A program made the position numbers and the translations under genes. The notes beneath the pieces are model-generated. The model saw only the letters and a program-made list of their open reading frames with translations. It had not been told where the DNA came from and ran no database searches. A stretch of DNA of 64,000 nucleotides from Saprospiraceae bacterium (GTDB lineage: Bacteria; Bacteroidota; Bacteroidia; Chitinophagales; Saprospiraceae). Positions 1 through 9,028 of the stretch are shown one piece after another; positions within the stretch are counted from its first letter, which is position 1, and every line of letters starts with the position of its first letter. The stretch spans positions 2,327 to 66,326 of the forward strand of contig JAHDFQ010000005.1 in assembly GCA_020628085.1 (NCBI GenBank), written 5' to 3'.

Positions 1-332
1 TTGGAAAATTACCAGATACGGGACTTTTTCATTTGTTTATTAAACATACCTCGGCAGCATTGACAATTAATGAAAATGCGGATCCGTCGGTTCGAGTGGA
101 TTTTGAAAATATTTTCAATAAAATCATGCCCGAAAACGAGCCTTATCTAACGCACACAATGGAAGGGTCAGACGATATGCCTGCTCATATAAAAGCAGCG
201 ATGATCGGTTCTTCGGTGACGATTCCCATTACCAATGGGCGATTAAATTTGGGAACTTGGCAGGGTATTTACCTCTGTGAATTTAGAAATCATGGTGGTA
301 GTCGTAAGTTAGTAGCGACCATTTATCAATAA
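1..332 (+). CDS. YjbQ/UPF0047 family protein, 5'-truncated by the window edge
   Basis: The frame is open from base 3. Translation GKLPDTGLFHLFIKHTSAALTINENADPSV...DDMPAHIKAAMIGSS...NGRLNLGTWQGIYLCEFRNHGG matches the conserved UPF0047/YjbQ core. Stop TAA at 330-332. Confidence 0.8.
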   Translation, partial: GKLPDTGLFHLFIKHTSAALTINENADPSVRVDFENIFNKIMPENEPYLTHTMEGSDDMPAHIKAAMIGSSVTIPITNGRLNLGTWQGIYLCEFRNHGGSRKLVATIYQ

Positions 333-426
333 AATAATCAATATTCTTGGAACAAGACCATGGTCAATTTAAAATTAAACGTGTTTGAAAATAAACGATA
401 AATTTTAAATTTAAGCTGACTTGAAC

Positions 427-1092
427 ATGGGATTTGGGAAAGAATCAATAATAGGCAACATGGCATTCCTTTGGGAAGGAATTCAATTTGGTTTGATCCT
501 TTCAATTATGACGGGACCGATTCTATTTGCACTCATTCAGGTAGGTGTAGAGGAAGGTTTGCGTGCAGGTATTGTGCTGGGTTTGGGAATTTGGCTTAGC
601 GATTTGATATTTATTTTGGGTGTCAATTATGGGTTACAATATGCTCTTGATTTCATAGGTAGCGGAAGCGGCAATACTATAGTAATTGGAATAATTGGTG
701 GAATTATTTTGATTCTTTTTGGACTAGGAAATATATTGAGCAAACCTCCAAAAGTCGTTTTTGAAGTCAACGAAGCCAAACGACATTCTTCTTGGTTGTC
801 GCTTTGGACAAAAGGTTTTCTTATTAATACGGTCAACCCGTTTACGTTTCTTTTTTGGATTGGAATTACCAGTAAAATATTAATTAAAGAAAACAGCTCA
901 CCAAGTGGAACAACGCTTTTTTTTATGGGAATTATGGGAACAGTCATGCTCACGGATTTTTTAAAATTGTACTTATCTAAAGAAATCCGTAAAAAACTTC
1001 AAACCAAACACCTTCAGTTACTTCGCTACATTTCAGGTGGTGCATTGGTTCTTTTTGGAATTGCCTTGATGATTCGGGTGCTTTTTTTATAA
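427..1092 (+). CDS. LysE/RhtB family amino-acid exporter
   Basis: About 220-aa polytopic protein. The N-terminal LILSIMTGPILFALIQVGVEEGLRAG and overall hydrophobic layout are typical of LysE-type translocators. Start is ambiguous (TTG 421, ATG 427 or ATG 460). Confidence 0.7.
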   Translation: MGFGKESIIGNMAFLWEGIQFGLILSIMTGPILFALIQVGVEEGLRAGIVLGLGIWLSDLIFILGVNYGLQYALDFIGSGSGNTIVIGIIGGIILILFGLGNILSKPPKVVFEVNEAKRHSSWLSLWTKGFLINTVNPFTFLFWIGITSKILIKENSSPSGTTLFFMGIMGTVMLTDFLKLYLSKEIRKKLQTKHLQLLRYISGGALVLFGIALMIRVLFL

Positions 1093-1136
1093 ATATTCTA
1101 TATTTGTTGATTCCTTCACGAATCAATTGATCTACT

Positions 1137-2174
1137 GTGTACAAAATTTTTGTAAAACCATTTATGTTTTTGCTTTCGCCAGAAAAAGCACATCATTTAA
1201 CACTAACCTTATTCAATATTATTTTGTCCATTCCGATTGTGAGTCAATTGGTAAGATCTAATTTCCAAGTAAAAGACAAGCGTCTAGAACGTCGCTTATT
1301 TGGTTTGACATTTCCTAACCCCGTAGGCTTGGCAGCAGGTTTTGATAAGGATGGTAAACATTACAAAACGATGGCAGCACTGGGTTTTGGTTTCGTAGAA
1401 GTCGGAACAGTAACACCTTTGCCACAAGACGGAAATCCGCAACCTCGGTTGTTTCGTTTACCTGATGATGAAGGTGTGATTAATCGAATGGGGTTTAATA
1501 ATGACGGCATGGATGCTTTGGTAGAACGATTTAAGAAAGGACGTTTACAAAACATCGTCGTAGGTGGAAATATTGGTAAAAATAAAATCACACCAAACGA
1601 GCAAGCCGCTAGCGATTACCAAAAATGCTTTGAGGCGTTATTTCAGTATGTTGATTATTTTGTAGTGAATGTAAGCTCGCCTAACACACCTAATTTACGT
1701 GCCTTACAGGATAAAGAACCCTTGACCAAGTTACTGAATCTTTTACAAAAACTCAATCACGCCAAAACTGCTCCAAAACCAATCCTCTTGAAAATTGCAC
1801 CTGATCTAACAGACAGTCAATTGGATGATATTTTGGAAATCGTGGAAACCACCAAAATTGATGGAATCATTGCCACTAATACGACCATCTCTAGAGAAGG
1901 ACTCAAAGCATCTAAAGACCGAATCGCCGAAATTGGAAATGGTGGATTGAGTGGTCAACCTTTAAAAGATCGTGCTACTGAAGTGATCCGATATTTATAT
2001 GAAAAATCAAATCGACAACTCAAAATTATTGGTGTAGGTGGCATCGGAAGTGCAGCAGATGCACTCGAAAAACTAGATGCAGGTGCTTGTCTGATTCAAA
2101 TATATTCTGGTTTGATTTATGAAGGACCAAATTTGGTAAAGAATATCAATAAGGCGATCTTAAAGCGTAGTTAA
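1137..2174 (+). CDS. pyrD: Dihydroorotate dehydrogenase (quinone), class 2
   Basis: 345 aa. The N-terminal membrane-association helix [20 protein letters not shown] parallels E. coli PyrD. Other matching motifs are [33 protein letters not shown] and GGLSGQPL...IGVGGI. GTG start. Confidence 0.95.
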   Translation: MYKIFVKPFMFLLSPEKAHHLTLTLFNIILSIPIVSQLVRSNFQVKDKRLERRLFGLTFPNPVGLAAGFDKDGKHYKTMAALGFGFVEVGTVTPLPQDGNPQPRLFRLPDDEGVINRMGFNNDGMDALVERFKKGRLQNIVVGGNIGKNKITPNEQAASDYQKCFEALFQYVDYFVVNVSSPNTPNLRALQDKEPLTKLLNLLQKLNHAKTAPKPILLKIAPDLTDSQLDDILEIVETTKIDGIIATNTTISREGLKASKDRIAEIGNGGLSGQPLKDRATEVIRYLYEKSNRQLKIIGVGGIGSAADALEKLDAGACLIQIYSGLIYEGPNLVKNINKAILKRS

Positions 2175-2203
2175 TTTCCTGAAAATTTAAAAAAATATAA
2201 ACT

Positions 2204-2749
2204 ATGTCATCCAAAGAGAATGAGGCAATCATATACATTATAAAATTTATAAGCGCTGGCATTCTTTTTATCTATATTTTTTACTTTCCATGTCCAGCAT
2301 TAAGTGAGTTAGAAATTATTGAGAACGCTATAGTTAAAGAAGACGCACGTTTTTCTTACACTCAGAATAGAAAAACTACACGGACAGCACAATCTATTAA
2401 GTTAAATATAGAAGAAATTGGAGACCTTTTCATTAGAAAATATGATCTCTATAACTGTCAAAAAAAAGCCATCACTAGCCGAATAAAGAGTGGTGATATA
2501 GTAGAAGTAGGCATTAAAGAAAAGCGAATTTTTCATTTAAAACACCAAGATAACGTATACACGCACCTAAGAAAAGCCAACATAGATCGAAGAAATGCAC
2601 AAAAATGGGGAATTTCTTTATCGCTAATTGTATTATTTTTAGCCTTTTTCATACCAAAATACAATTTAAAATTGTGGGAGCAGTGGCTATATTCAGCGAT
2701 CATTATCACTCTAGTTATTTTGTGTTTATATGGTTTGATCGGTTATTGA
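2204..2749 (+). CDS. Hypothetical membrane protein (one N-terminal TM, about 110-aa soluble region, two C-terminal TMs)
   Basis: Clean 181-aa ORF with hydrophobic segments IIYIIKFISAGILFIYIFYF, ISLSLIVLFLAFFI and AIIITLVILCLYGLIGY. No family recognised. Confidence 0.55.
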   Translation: MSSKENEAIIYIIKFISAGILFIYIFYFPCPALSELEIIENAIVKEDARFSYTQNRKTTRTAQSIKLNIEEIGDLFIRKYDLYNCQKKAITSRIKSGDIVEVGIKEKRIFHLKHQDNVYTHLRKANIDRRNAQKWGISLSLIVLFLAFFIPKYNLKLWEQWLYSAIIITLVILCLYGLIGY

Positions 2750-3077
2750 TTCTATGATGTTTTGACACCTAATAATATCTTTACAATTCCAAAGCTAGAT
2801 GTAAAATACACCCAAGCGGAAGGCATCATTTACATCAAAAATAATGATACCGGAAAAGAGTATATTTACGATCGAAAAGAATAAATACGCTCATTTTTCG
2901 ATTTTTACATTGTCAAGTATAACATCATAGCTAGATTGCTAAAAAACACTTTATAACCCAACATCCTATCTTTTCAGCATTGAACATGTACTATCCTCGC
3001 CCGTTTTAGGTTAAATCAATCTGTTGAAAATACAGATTCTATTAATTTATTAACTAAAACAACTGAAAATTATATTT

Positions 3078-3656
3078 ATGAAAAATCAGATATTATTATT
3101 CGCAATCATTGGTTTACTGTTCACTGCTTGTGATGTAGATCAAACTAAAGAAGCAAAAATGCCACAAGTAGACGTTGATGTCGATACAAAAGCAGGTCAA
3201 ATGCCAGCATTCGATGTAGATTGGGCGGATGTAAACGTAGGTACAAAAACTAAAATGGTAGAAATACCAAAATTGGTTGTCGTGATGGAAGAAGAAGAAA
3301 TTGAAGTGCCTTATGTTGATGTAGACATGCCAAATAGTGGTGAGAAAGAAGAGCGTACTTTGTTGGTAGAAGCAGAAGTAACTGACAAGTCGCACACCTT
3401 AGAAATAGACGAAGTATATGCTACTAAAAACCGTTTATACGTGATTTCTTCTTTGGAAGAAACAGGTAAAGATATTGGTAAACAAAAAATGCGTGTATCG
3501 GATAGATTAGTCTTAAACGCACCAGATTTAGATGTGAAATACTACATTATTGGAGAACGTCCAGATGGAATTCACAATAGTCAATATACTTATATCAGTA
3601 GCAGAAGTAAAATCGCTGACAAATTATCCAATGGAAAGAAAATATACGGATCATAA
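3078..3656 (+). CDS. Hypothetical lipoprotein, acidic, with VDVD-type repeats
   Basis: Lipoprotein signal MKNQILLFAIIGLLFTAC. Repeated (V/A)DVD motifs and an E-rich stretch. Followed by a terminator hairpin. Confidence 0.65.
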   Translation: MKNQILLFAIIGLLFTACDVDQTKEAKMPQVDVDVDTKAGQMPAFDVDWADVNVGTKTKMVEIPKLVVVMEEEEIEVPYVDVDMPNSGEKEERTLLVEAEVTDKSHTLEIDEVYATKNRLYVISSLEETGKDIGKQKMRVSDRLVLNAPDLDVKYYIIGERPDGIHNSQYTYISSRSKIADKLSNGKKIYGS

Positions 3657-3701
3657 GACATTCGTAAAAAGTAAAACAAGTTAAATCATAAAATATCAAA
3701 G

Positions 3702-3736
3702 AGCGTGTCGATTAGTTTTGGCACGCTTTTTTTTTA
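3702..3736 (+). terminator. Rho-independent terminator after the lipoprotein gene
   Basis: AGCGTG (3702-3707) pairs with CACGCT (3722-3727) and is followed by a run of 9 T. Confidence 0.55.
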
Positions 3737-3881
3737 TTATTTGCCTATTTTTTACAGAGATAGTTAAACTTTTTGCCTTCCAAAATGGTATAGTTGTTGG
3801 AACGTTGTTTTGTAATTGTACCTTAATTTTTTGAGCTTTAAATAGCTATTTTGAAAAGTAATTGCTTTTTCAAATTTCTGT

Positions 3882-3912
3882 TTTGGAGATTCCTAATACT
3901 TTAGTACATTTG
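3882..3912 (+). promoter_or_regulatory. Bacteroidota sigma-A type promoter candidate (-33 TTTG / -7 TAnnTTTG)
   Basis: TTTG at 3882-3885, exactly 19 nt spacer, then TACATTTG at 3905-3912. It lies about 160 nt upstream of the DUF2795 gene. Confidence 0.4.
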
Positions 3913-4074
3913 CGCAAAATTTAGATAAAGATATTTTTTGTTAATAAAACTTGACTTTGTATAAAAAATAACTTATCAAGTGAAAAAGAATTGAACAAAA
4001 GATGGTTCACTTTATTTATATTTAGTTGTATGACAACTGCATTTATTAAAATCAAACCCAAATCAGTATAATAT

Positions 4075-4296
4075 ATGTATTGGACTTTAGAATTGGCGCA
4101 TCACTTAGAGGATGCTCCTTGGCCAGCAACACTGGACGAATTAATTGATTATGCTATTCGTTCTGGCGCACCTTTAGAAGTTATTGAAAACTTGCAAGGT
4201 ATGGAAGATGAAGGTGAAGCCTATGACAACATGGAAGACATTTGGCCTGACTATCCTAGGAAAGATGATTTTCTTTTCAATGAGGATGAGTACTAA
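4075..4296 (+). CDS. DUF2795-like small acidic protein
   Basis: 73 aa. WPATLDELIDYAIRSGAPLEVIENLQGM resembles the DUF2795 core (W-P-A-x-K-x-E-L-I...ga...v...L). Confidence 0.65.
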   Translation: MYWTLELAHHLEDAPWPATLDELIDYAIRSGAPLEVIENLQGMEDEGEAYDNMEDIWPDYPRKDDFLFNEDEY

Positions 4297-4376
4297 TTAG
4301 GATGTATCCTTATACCATCATCGACGTATAACGAACACAAATGACACCATTTATTTGTACCGTTATACTCCAAAAT

Positions 4377-4413
4377 AAAGCGTTTGGATGTATATCCAAA
4401 CGCTTTATTTTTT
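4377..4413 (+). terminator. Rho-independent terminator
   Basis: Perfect 12-bp stem AAAGCGTTTGGA / TCCAAACGCTTT with a 6-nt loop, followed by ATTTTTT. Confidence 0.8.
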
Positions 4414-4431
4414 ACTGCTTGTACCTCTAGG

Positions 4432-5472
4432 ATGGCCAAAAAAACGTATCCTGTTAGTATTATTATTCCTTGTTTAAATGAGCAATCGTTTATAGAGCAA
4501 GTAATAAATGATATTTTGAAGCAAACCTATCCGCTTCACCAACTGGAAATTATCTGTATTGATGGTGGTAGTACGGATAAAACAATATCTATCATACAAA
4601 AATATCAACAAAAACATCGTCAAATTAGACTTTTAAAGAATCCTGGACGTTATGTCAGCCATGCACTCAATCATGGTATTCGATCCTCTTCGGGCGATAT
4701 TATTATTCGGATGGATGCACATTCTAGCTATCCTCCTTTTTATATTTCTAAACTTTTATTTTGGTTAAAAAAAACAAATGCCGATAATGTAGGTGGTAGT
4801 TGGTATATTCAATCTCGAAAGGATCAAATTATAGGAAAAGCTATTGCAAGTATGCTCGGACATCCATTTAGTATGGATTTTGCTGCTTATCGAAACGGAT
4901 TATTTGAATATGAAGAAGAAGTAGATACTATTCCATACGGATGTTTTTATAAATCCACTTTTGATAAATATGGTTGGTATGACGAACGTCTGGCTCGACA
5001 TCAAAATACAGAACTCAATAAACGTATTAGTGATGCCAATGGTCGCATTTTACTTGTTCCAAATGTACATTCCATTTACTATACTCGTCATTCGTATATT
5101 GATCTTTGGAAAGATAATTATGGTAACGGAAAATGGCGCATTTTAGCAGCTCGCATTACAAACGATCGCTCGTTGAATGAAAAGAGACATTACATTCCAC
5201 TATTTGTAGTGCTGTATACGATTATAGCTATAGTGATTAGTTTATTCATTCCATTTACGCCCCTTTCTATTTTTGTGTTTTTCCCTACTATTCTCTATTT
5301 TCTACTAATTGCCAGAGCTAGTTTATCTATTTCAATTGAAAGAGACAAGCTAGAATATCTTCCCTTTCTTTTAATTGCTTTTACCGTTGTTCATGTTAGT
5401 TATGGAATAGGAACGTTAAGGGGTTTACTGAGTCGAAAGACACCCAAACAAGAAGATTTTACAACTACATAA
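4432..5472 (+). CDS. Family 2 glycosyltransferase with C-terminal transmembrane segments
   Basis: YPVSIIIPCLNEQSFIEQVINDIL...IICIDGGSTDKT...IIRMDAHS is the GT-A/GT2 N-terminal fold with a DxH-type motif. The C-terminal about 100 aa are hydrophobic. ATG 4432 is preferred over the track's TTG 4384, which lies inside the upstream terminator. Confidence 0.85.
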   Translation: MAKKTYPVSIIIPCLNEQSFIEQVINDILKQTYPLHQLEIICIDGGSTDKTISIIQKYQQKHRQIRLLKNPGRYVSHALNHGIRSSSGDIIIRMDAHSSYPPFYISKLLFWLKKTNADNVGGSWYIQSRKDQIIGKAIASMLGHPFSMDFAAYRNGLFEYEEEVDTIPYGCFYKSTFDKYGWYDERLARHQNTELNKRISDANGRILLVPNVHSIYYTRHSYIDLWKDNYGNGKWRILAARITNDRSLNEKRHYIPLFVVLYTIIAIVISLFIPFTPLSIFVFFPTILYFLLIARASLSISIERDKLEYLPFLLIAFTVVHVSYGIGTLRGLLSRKTPKQEDFTTT

Positions 5473-5480
5473 AACTAAAT

Positions 5481-6155
5481 TTAGTCCAATTCTCGTCTTT
5501 TAAAAGACTCATTTTCATAAACAATCCGATGTGTAACACCTTGTTCTATAAATTCGATTTCAAAAGGAGATGAAAATGCTTTGTCGTTTGTAGGAAACCA
5601 GTTTTTTATGTTTTTATTAATACAAATGAAAAGTCCTCGCTCATCACCTATTGCACAGAACCGTTCAAATCCACCGTCGTATATCTCAATGTTGGTCATA
5701 TTTTGAAGTTGATAGAATTGTCGTTCTATATCCGTTGAGGGCACTCCTATCTCTGATATTTCTATTAATTGATGCACACTAAATTCTTTATCAGAAAAAT
5801 TTTTCAAATTTCTTCTAGCAATGAATTCCACTATATTTTGATCCTTATCGTAAAAATAAATGGCCTCGGCATTCCAAAAATTAAAATCCTGTATTTCACT
5901 AGCTCCATCTTTCAATATTTCTGTTTTTGATCTAAGCCACTCCAACGCTTCTGTACTTTTATTGGCTGGAATATTTATCGCATAATGATAAGGTGTTACC
6001 ATTTCAGCATATTCTACTTGTAAAATAGATGTTCCAATGGCAAACAAAGCTTGATTTTTATCAAAAGAAAGCACCTCCAGACCTAGAACATTCCCATAAA
6101 AATCAATTTGTGTATTGATTTGAGAACTATATATTTTTAGTTTTTTGATTTGCAT
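5481..6155 (-). CDS. VOC (glyoxalase/bleomycin-resistance/dioxygenase) superfamily protein, two-module
   Basis: 224 aa. The N-terminal KLKIYSSQINTQIDFYGNVLGLEV...HYAINIP and a second beta-alpha-beta-beta-beta-like half fit the VOC fold. Confidence 0.6.
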   Translation of the reverse strand: MQIKKLKIYSSQINTQIDFYGNVLGLEVLSFDKNQALFAIGTSILQVEYAEMVTPYHYAINIPANKSTEALEWLRSKTEILKDGASEIQDFNFWNAEAIYFYDKDQNIVEFIARRNLKNFSDKEFSVHQLIEISEIGVPSTDIERQFYQLQNMTNIEIYDGGFERFCAIGDERGLFICINKNIKNWFPTNDKAFSSPFEIEFIEQGVTHRIVYENESFKRRELD

Positions 6156-6179
6156 TTCAATTCAACTCTGAACATTATT

Positions 6180-6875
6180 CTAAGTCGTAACTAACCGCTC
6201 TGATTTCAGCCTATCCATATCCCGAACTAATAATCGTTTTCGATCAAAAGTCAAAATATTCTTGCTTCTCAAATCATTGAGTGTAGTCGTTACTGTTTGA
6301 CGAGAGGTGGCTGTTAAATTAGCAATTTCTTGATGTGTGATAAACTTACGAACAACCATTTCATATCCAACACGTTGTCCTTTCGCATCTACCAAATCCA
6401 ACAAAAATTCTACAATCCGTGTTCGAGAATCTTTAAATACTAGAGACTCCAAACGTTTTTCCATGTCTAGTACTCGACTTCCCATTATTTTCATAAAAAA
6501 AAGACTTAAAGCACTATGATCTACCAACAAATTATTCATTTCTTTTGCAGAAACAACACAAATTTTGGCCTTCTCCATAACGTAAGCAAAGTCTCTCCGT
6601 TGACCTTCACCCGTCAAAGATAGTTCACCAAATACTTCCCCTTTTTCTAAAATAGCTTTAGTAATTTCCTTACCCGAACTATTGTATGTTCCTATTTTAA
6701 CACGCCCTTCTGTCAGAAAATAAATTTTGTCAGATTGGTCTTCGAGTAAATATACATACTCTCCTTTTTTAACAACTTTTTGAGCGTGATTTTCATTCAT
6801 CTCCCCCACTTTATTTGGACAAAAGATACCTGTTACATCAATATTTTCAAGATACCATAAGGATTGATCGTTCAT
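6180..6875 (-). CDS. Crp/Fnr family transcriptional regulator (cNMP-binding domain plus HTH)
   Basis: 231 aa. cNMP-type beta-roll motifs YFLTEGRVKIG...GEVFGELSL, and a C-terminal HTH THQEIANLTATSRQTVTTTLNDLRSKNIL. Confidence 0.85.
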   Translation of the reverse strand: MNDQSLWYLENIDVTGIFCPNKVGEMNENHAQKVVKKGEYVYLLEDQSDKIYFLTEGRVKIGTYNSSGKEITKAILEKGEVFGELSLTGEGQRRDFAYVMEKAKICVVSAKEMNNLLVDHSALSLFFMKIMGSRVLDMEKRLESLVFKDSRTRIVEFLLDLVDAKGQRVGYEMVVRKFITHQEIANLTATSRQTVTTTLNDLRSKNILTFDRKRLLVRDMDRLKSERLVTT

Positions 6876-7061
6876 CTTATTTAATATTTTTAGTGTTTTG
6901 AAAGAGGACGAAGGATGAGTATAAAATCAACACTAATATACATAAAGAAGTTTTGTTTTTAGAATGGGAAAAGCAAAAGATGTATAAAATGCGTTTGTTC
7001 CTTTCAGGATTTAAGTGTACTTTGGTAACTGATTGATTTTGTTGATGATGTAGTTTTCCAG

Positions 7062-7781
7062 ATGAATCCACTTTTAAGTCTTATTGCTATTTTGCCTGGT
7101 TTGATAATCGCTTATCTGATTTATCGAACAGATAAATACGAACCAGAAGCTTTACGACATTTAGTACTTTGTTTTGCTCTTGGAATGCTGATTACTATTC
7201 CATCTATGTACTTGGAAAGTTGGGGTGCAACATTAGGTTGGGAAGAATCGGGTCACCTGGGATTGTTGTTTCTTTTCTCCGTGATTGTCGTAGGTTTTAG
7301 TGAAGAAATCACCAAATATCTCGGTTTAGTTCTTTATCCATATCAGCGTCCCTTTTTTAATGAACCGATGGATGGAATCGTATATGCAGTTATGATCGGA
7401 ATGGGCTTTGCCACGCTTGAAAACCTGCTATATGCTGATCGGTATGGCATGGATACGATTGTTATTCGAGCATTTACAGCCGTACCAGCACATGGTGTTT
7501 TTGCAGTCATTAGTGGTTACTATGTTGGTTTGGCCAAATTCAATCCACACAAAAAATATCGCTACCTTTTTCTAGGACTTTTCTGGCCCATCTTACTTCA
7601 TGCTATTTATGATTTTTTTATTCTTCAAAATGCCTTTGAATGGATGATGTCTTTTGCTACGCTGACCCTCGTTTTTGGAGGATATTGGGGTTGGATTCTA
7701 ATCAAACGTCACCGAAATAATTCTCCTTTCAAACCCAATCCGCCGAATATAGCTATAACAGATAAAGATGTCGGTAAATAA
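7062..7781 (+). CDS. PrsW family intramembrane glutamic/metallo-protease
   Basis: Polytopic, 239 aa, carrying the PrsW signatures GFSEEITKY and LLHAIYDF. Confidence 0.8.
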   Translation: MNPLLSLIAILPGLIIAYLIYRTDKYEPEALRHLVLCFALGMLITIPSMYLESWGATLGWEESGHLGLLFLFSVIVVGFSEEITKYLGLVLYPYQRPFFNEPMDGIVYAVMIGMGFATLENLLYADRYGMDTIVIRAFTAVPAHGVFAVISGYYVGLAKFNPHKKYRYLFLGLFWPILLHAIYDFFILQNAFEWMMSFATLTLVFGGYWGWILIKRHRNNSPFKPNPPNIAITDKDVGK

Positions 7782-7782
7782 T

Positions 7783-8394
7783 TTATTTTCCTATCAACAC
7801 ATGATATTCCACGGGTATTTCTACTCCTTGAAATCCATTTGTTAATCCATATAGAATAATACATGCAAGGACAATTCCTTTACATACAATTAGTTTGGAC
7901 TGCTGTTCAACAGTCAATCCAAAGACATTATTGTTCATTTTCTGAAAATGAATAGATGCAATATGTCCAAAGAAAGATAATATAGCAAGTGCATAATATG
8001 GTATAAAAAATATATTAAACGGAAACGTATTTAAGCCTGCTATTCCAAAATATATATTAGTATCAAGTTCCAATATATATCTGCCCATTAGTATCGCTCC
8101 AACATGAATCACAAAGAAAAACACTAAGTACAAACCTGTCCAAATTTGTAATTTTTCAAACGATCCAATAACGGTACTCTTTTTAGAAAAAAACAATTGT
8201 ATACCTGATACAATCTGTACTAAAATTGCTCCTAATAAGATAGTTTCAATCATAGTATTTCTATAAAAGACTCTACATTTATCCATGAACTGAATATGAT
8301 CTGCTATTGATAATACACTTATAGAATGATTGAGTAAATGTAAACCTATAAAAATAGTGATGATGATTCCTGAAATATGATGTATTCGTTTCAT
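7783..8394 (-). CDS. Hypothetical His-rich 5-6 TM membrane protein (possibly cytochrome-b/SdhC-like)
   Basis: TM helices carry conserved-looking His residues (IFIGLHLLNHS, FFFVIHVGAIL, FFGHIASIHF). No sdhA/B partner is nearby. ATG 8394 is preferred over TTG 8409. Confidence 0.5.
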   Translation of the reverse strand: MKRIHHISGIIITIFIGLHLLNHSISVLSIADHIQFMDKCRVFYRNTMIETILLGAILVQIVSGIQLFFSKKSTVIGSFEKLQIWTGLYLVFFFVIHVGAILMGRYILELDTNIYFGIAGLNTFPFNIFFIPYYALAILSFFGHIASIHFQKMNNNVFGLTVEQQSKLIVCKGIVLACIILYGLTNGFQGVEIPVEYHVLIGK

Positions 8395-8452
8395 TTCTTT
8401 TTTATACAAAGATCGACTACCTCAACTGTATTTCATTTGATCCATGTCAAAT

Positions 8453-9028
8453 TTAATTTCTAGGATTTCTAATTCTACTTAACGTTTCCAAGGTAATACC
8501 TAAATATGAAGCAATAAAGGTCAAAGGTACTCTTTGTGTAATATCTGGTCGAATGGCTAGAATATTTGCGTATTTTTCTTTTGCACTGTAGAATTGCATG
8601 GATGCAATCTTCTCTTGTTGACTCAACATCGTTTTAGTAACAACCATTCTGATTAGTCGTTCGAAGTCATGATATTTATCGGCTAATTCATCAATTTTAG
8701 ATTTTGAGAATTCTACTAATACAGAATCTTCGAGTAGTTCAATATAGTGCGGGCTTGGTTGATGTGTAAAAAAACTAATGATCGAACTAATAAACTCGTT
8801 TTCAAATGCTAGCCAATCTGTAATATCTTTTCCATCTTTCAAATAATATGCCCTAGCACATCCGTTAATGATATAATATGTTTTATCAGAATGCTGACCT
8901 TCTCTAACCAGTATGTGGTTTTTTTCTAAAAATAGCATCATTCCATTATCAAGCAGCTCTTGCTGACATGCTCTGCTCAGAGGTGCATACGTTTCACAAA
9001 TTCGCTTGATAACTTCTTCCTTATTCAT
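8453..9028 (-). CDS. Crp-family cNMP-binding-domain regulator (short, about 190 aa)
   Basis: Beta-roll region ILVREGQHSDKTYYIINGCARAYY and a C-terminal HTH ITQRVPLTFIASYLGITLETLSRIRN. The ATG lies immediately after the uvrB stop codon with no spacer. Confidence 0.8.
   Translation of the reverse strand: MNKEEVIKRICETYAPLSRACQQELLDNGMMLFLEKNHILVREGQHSDKTYYIINGCARAYYLKDGKDITDWLAFENEFISSIISFFTHQPSPHYIELLEDSVLVEFSKSKIDELADKYHDFERLIRMVVTKTMLSQQEKIASMQFYSAKEKYANILAIRPDITQRVPLTFIASYLGITLETLSRIRNPRN

Noticed and set aside
627-953. Antisense or overlapping ORFs in the track that lie inside well-supported genes. Examples: 627-953(-), 1361-1591(-), 3114-3395(-), 6337-6519(+), 9006-9227(+), 11692-11931(+), 16909-17476 (several), 27957-28431(-), 43670-44219(-), 46156-46431(-), 50686-51977(-), 57763-59221(-) and 63034-63736.
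   Set aside because: Each is fully embedded opposite or out of frame in a gene with clear family motifs. Their translations are low-complexity or hydrophobic with no recognisable motif. Such shadow ORFs are expected in long genes.
2747-2749. Genome-wide TGA reassignment (alternative genetic code) as an explanation for the in-frame continuation after TGA.
   Set aside because: All long conserved genes (uvrA, uvrB, purH, SusC, PaaZ) are intact at expected lengths under the standard code without needing TGA as sense. Recoding, if any, would be local.
4384-4431. Track start (TTG 4384) of the GT2 gene.
   Set aside because: The first 16 codons overlap the 4377-4413 terminator hairpin. The GT2 fold begins right after ATG 4432.
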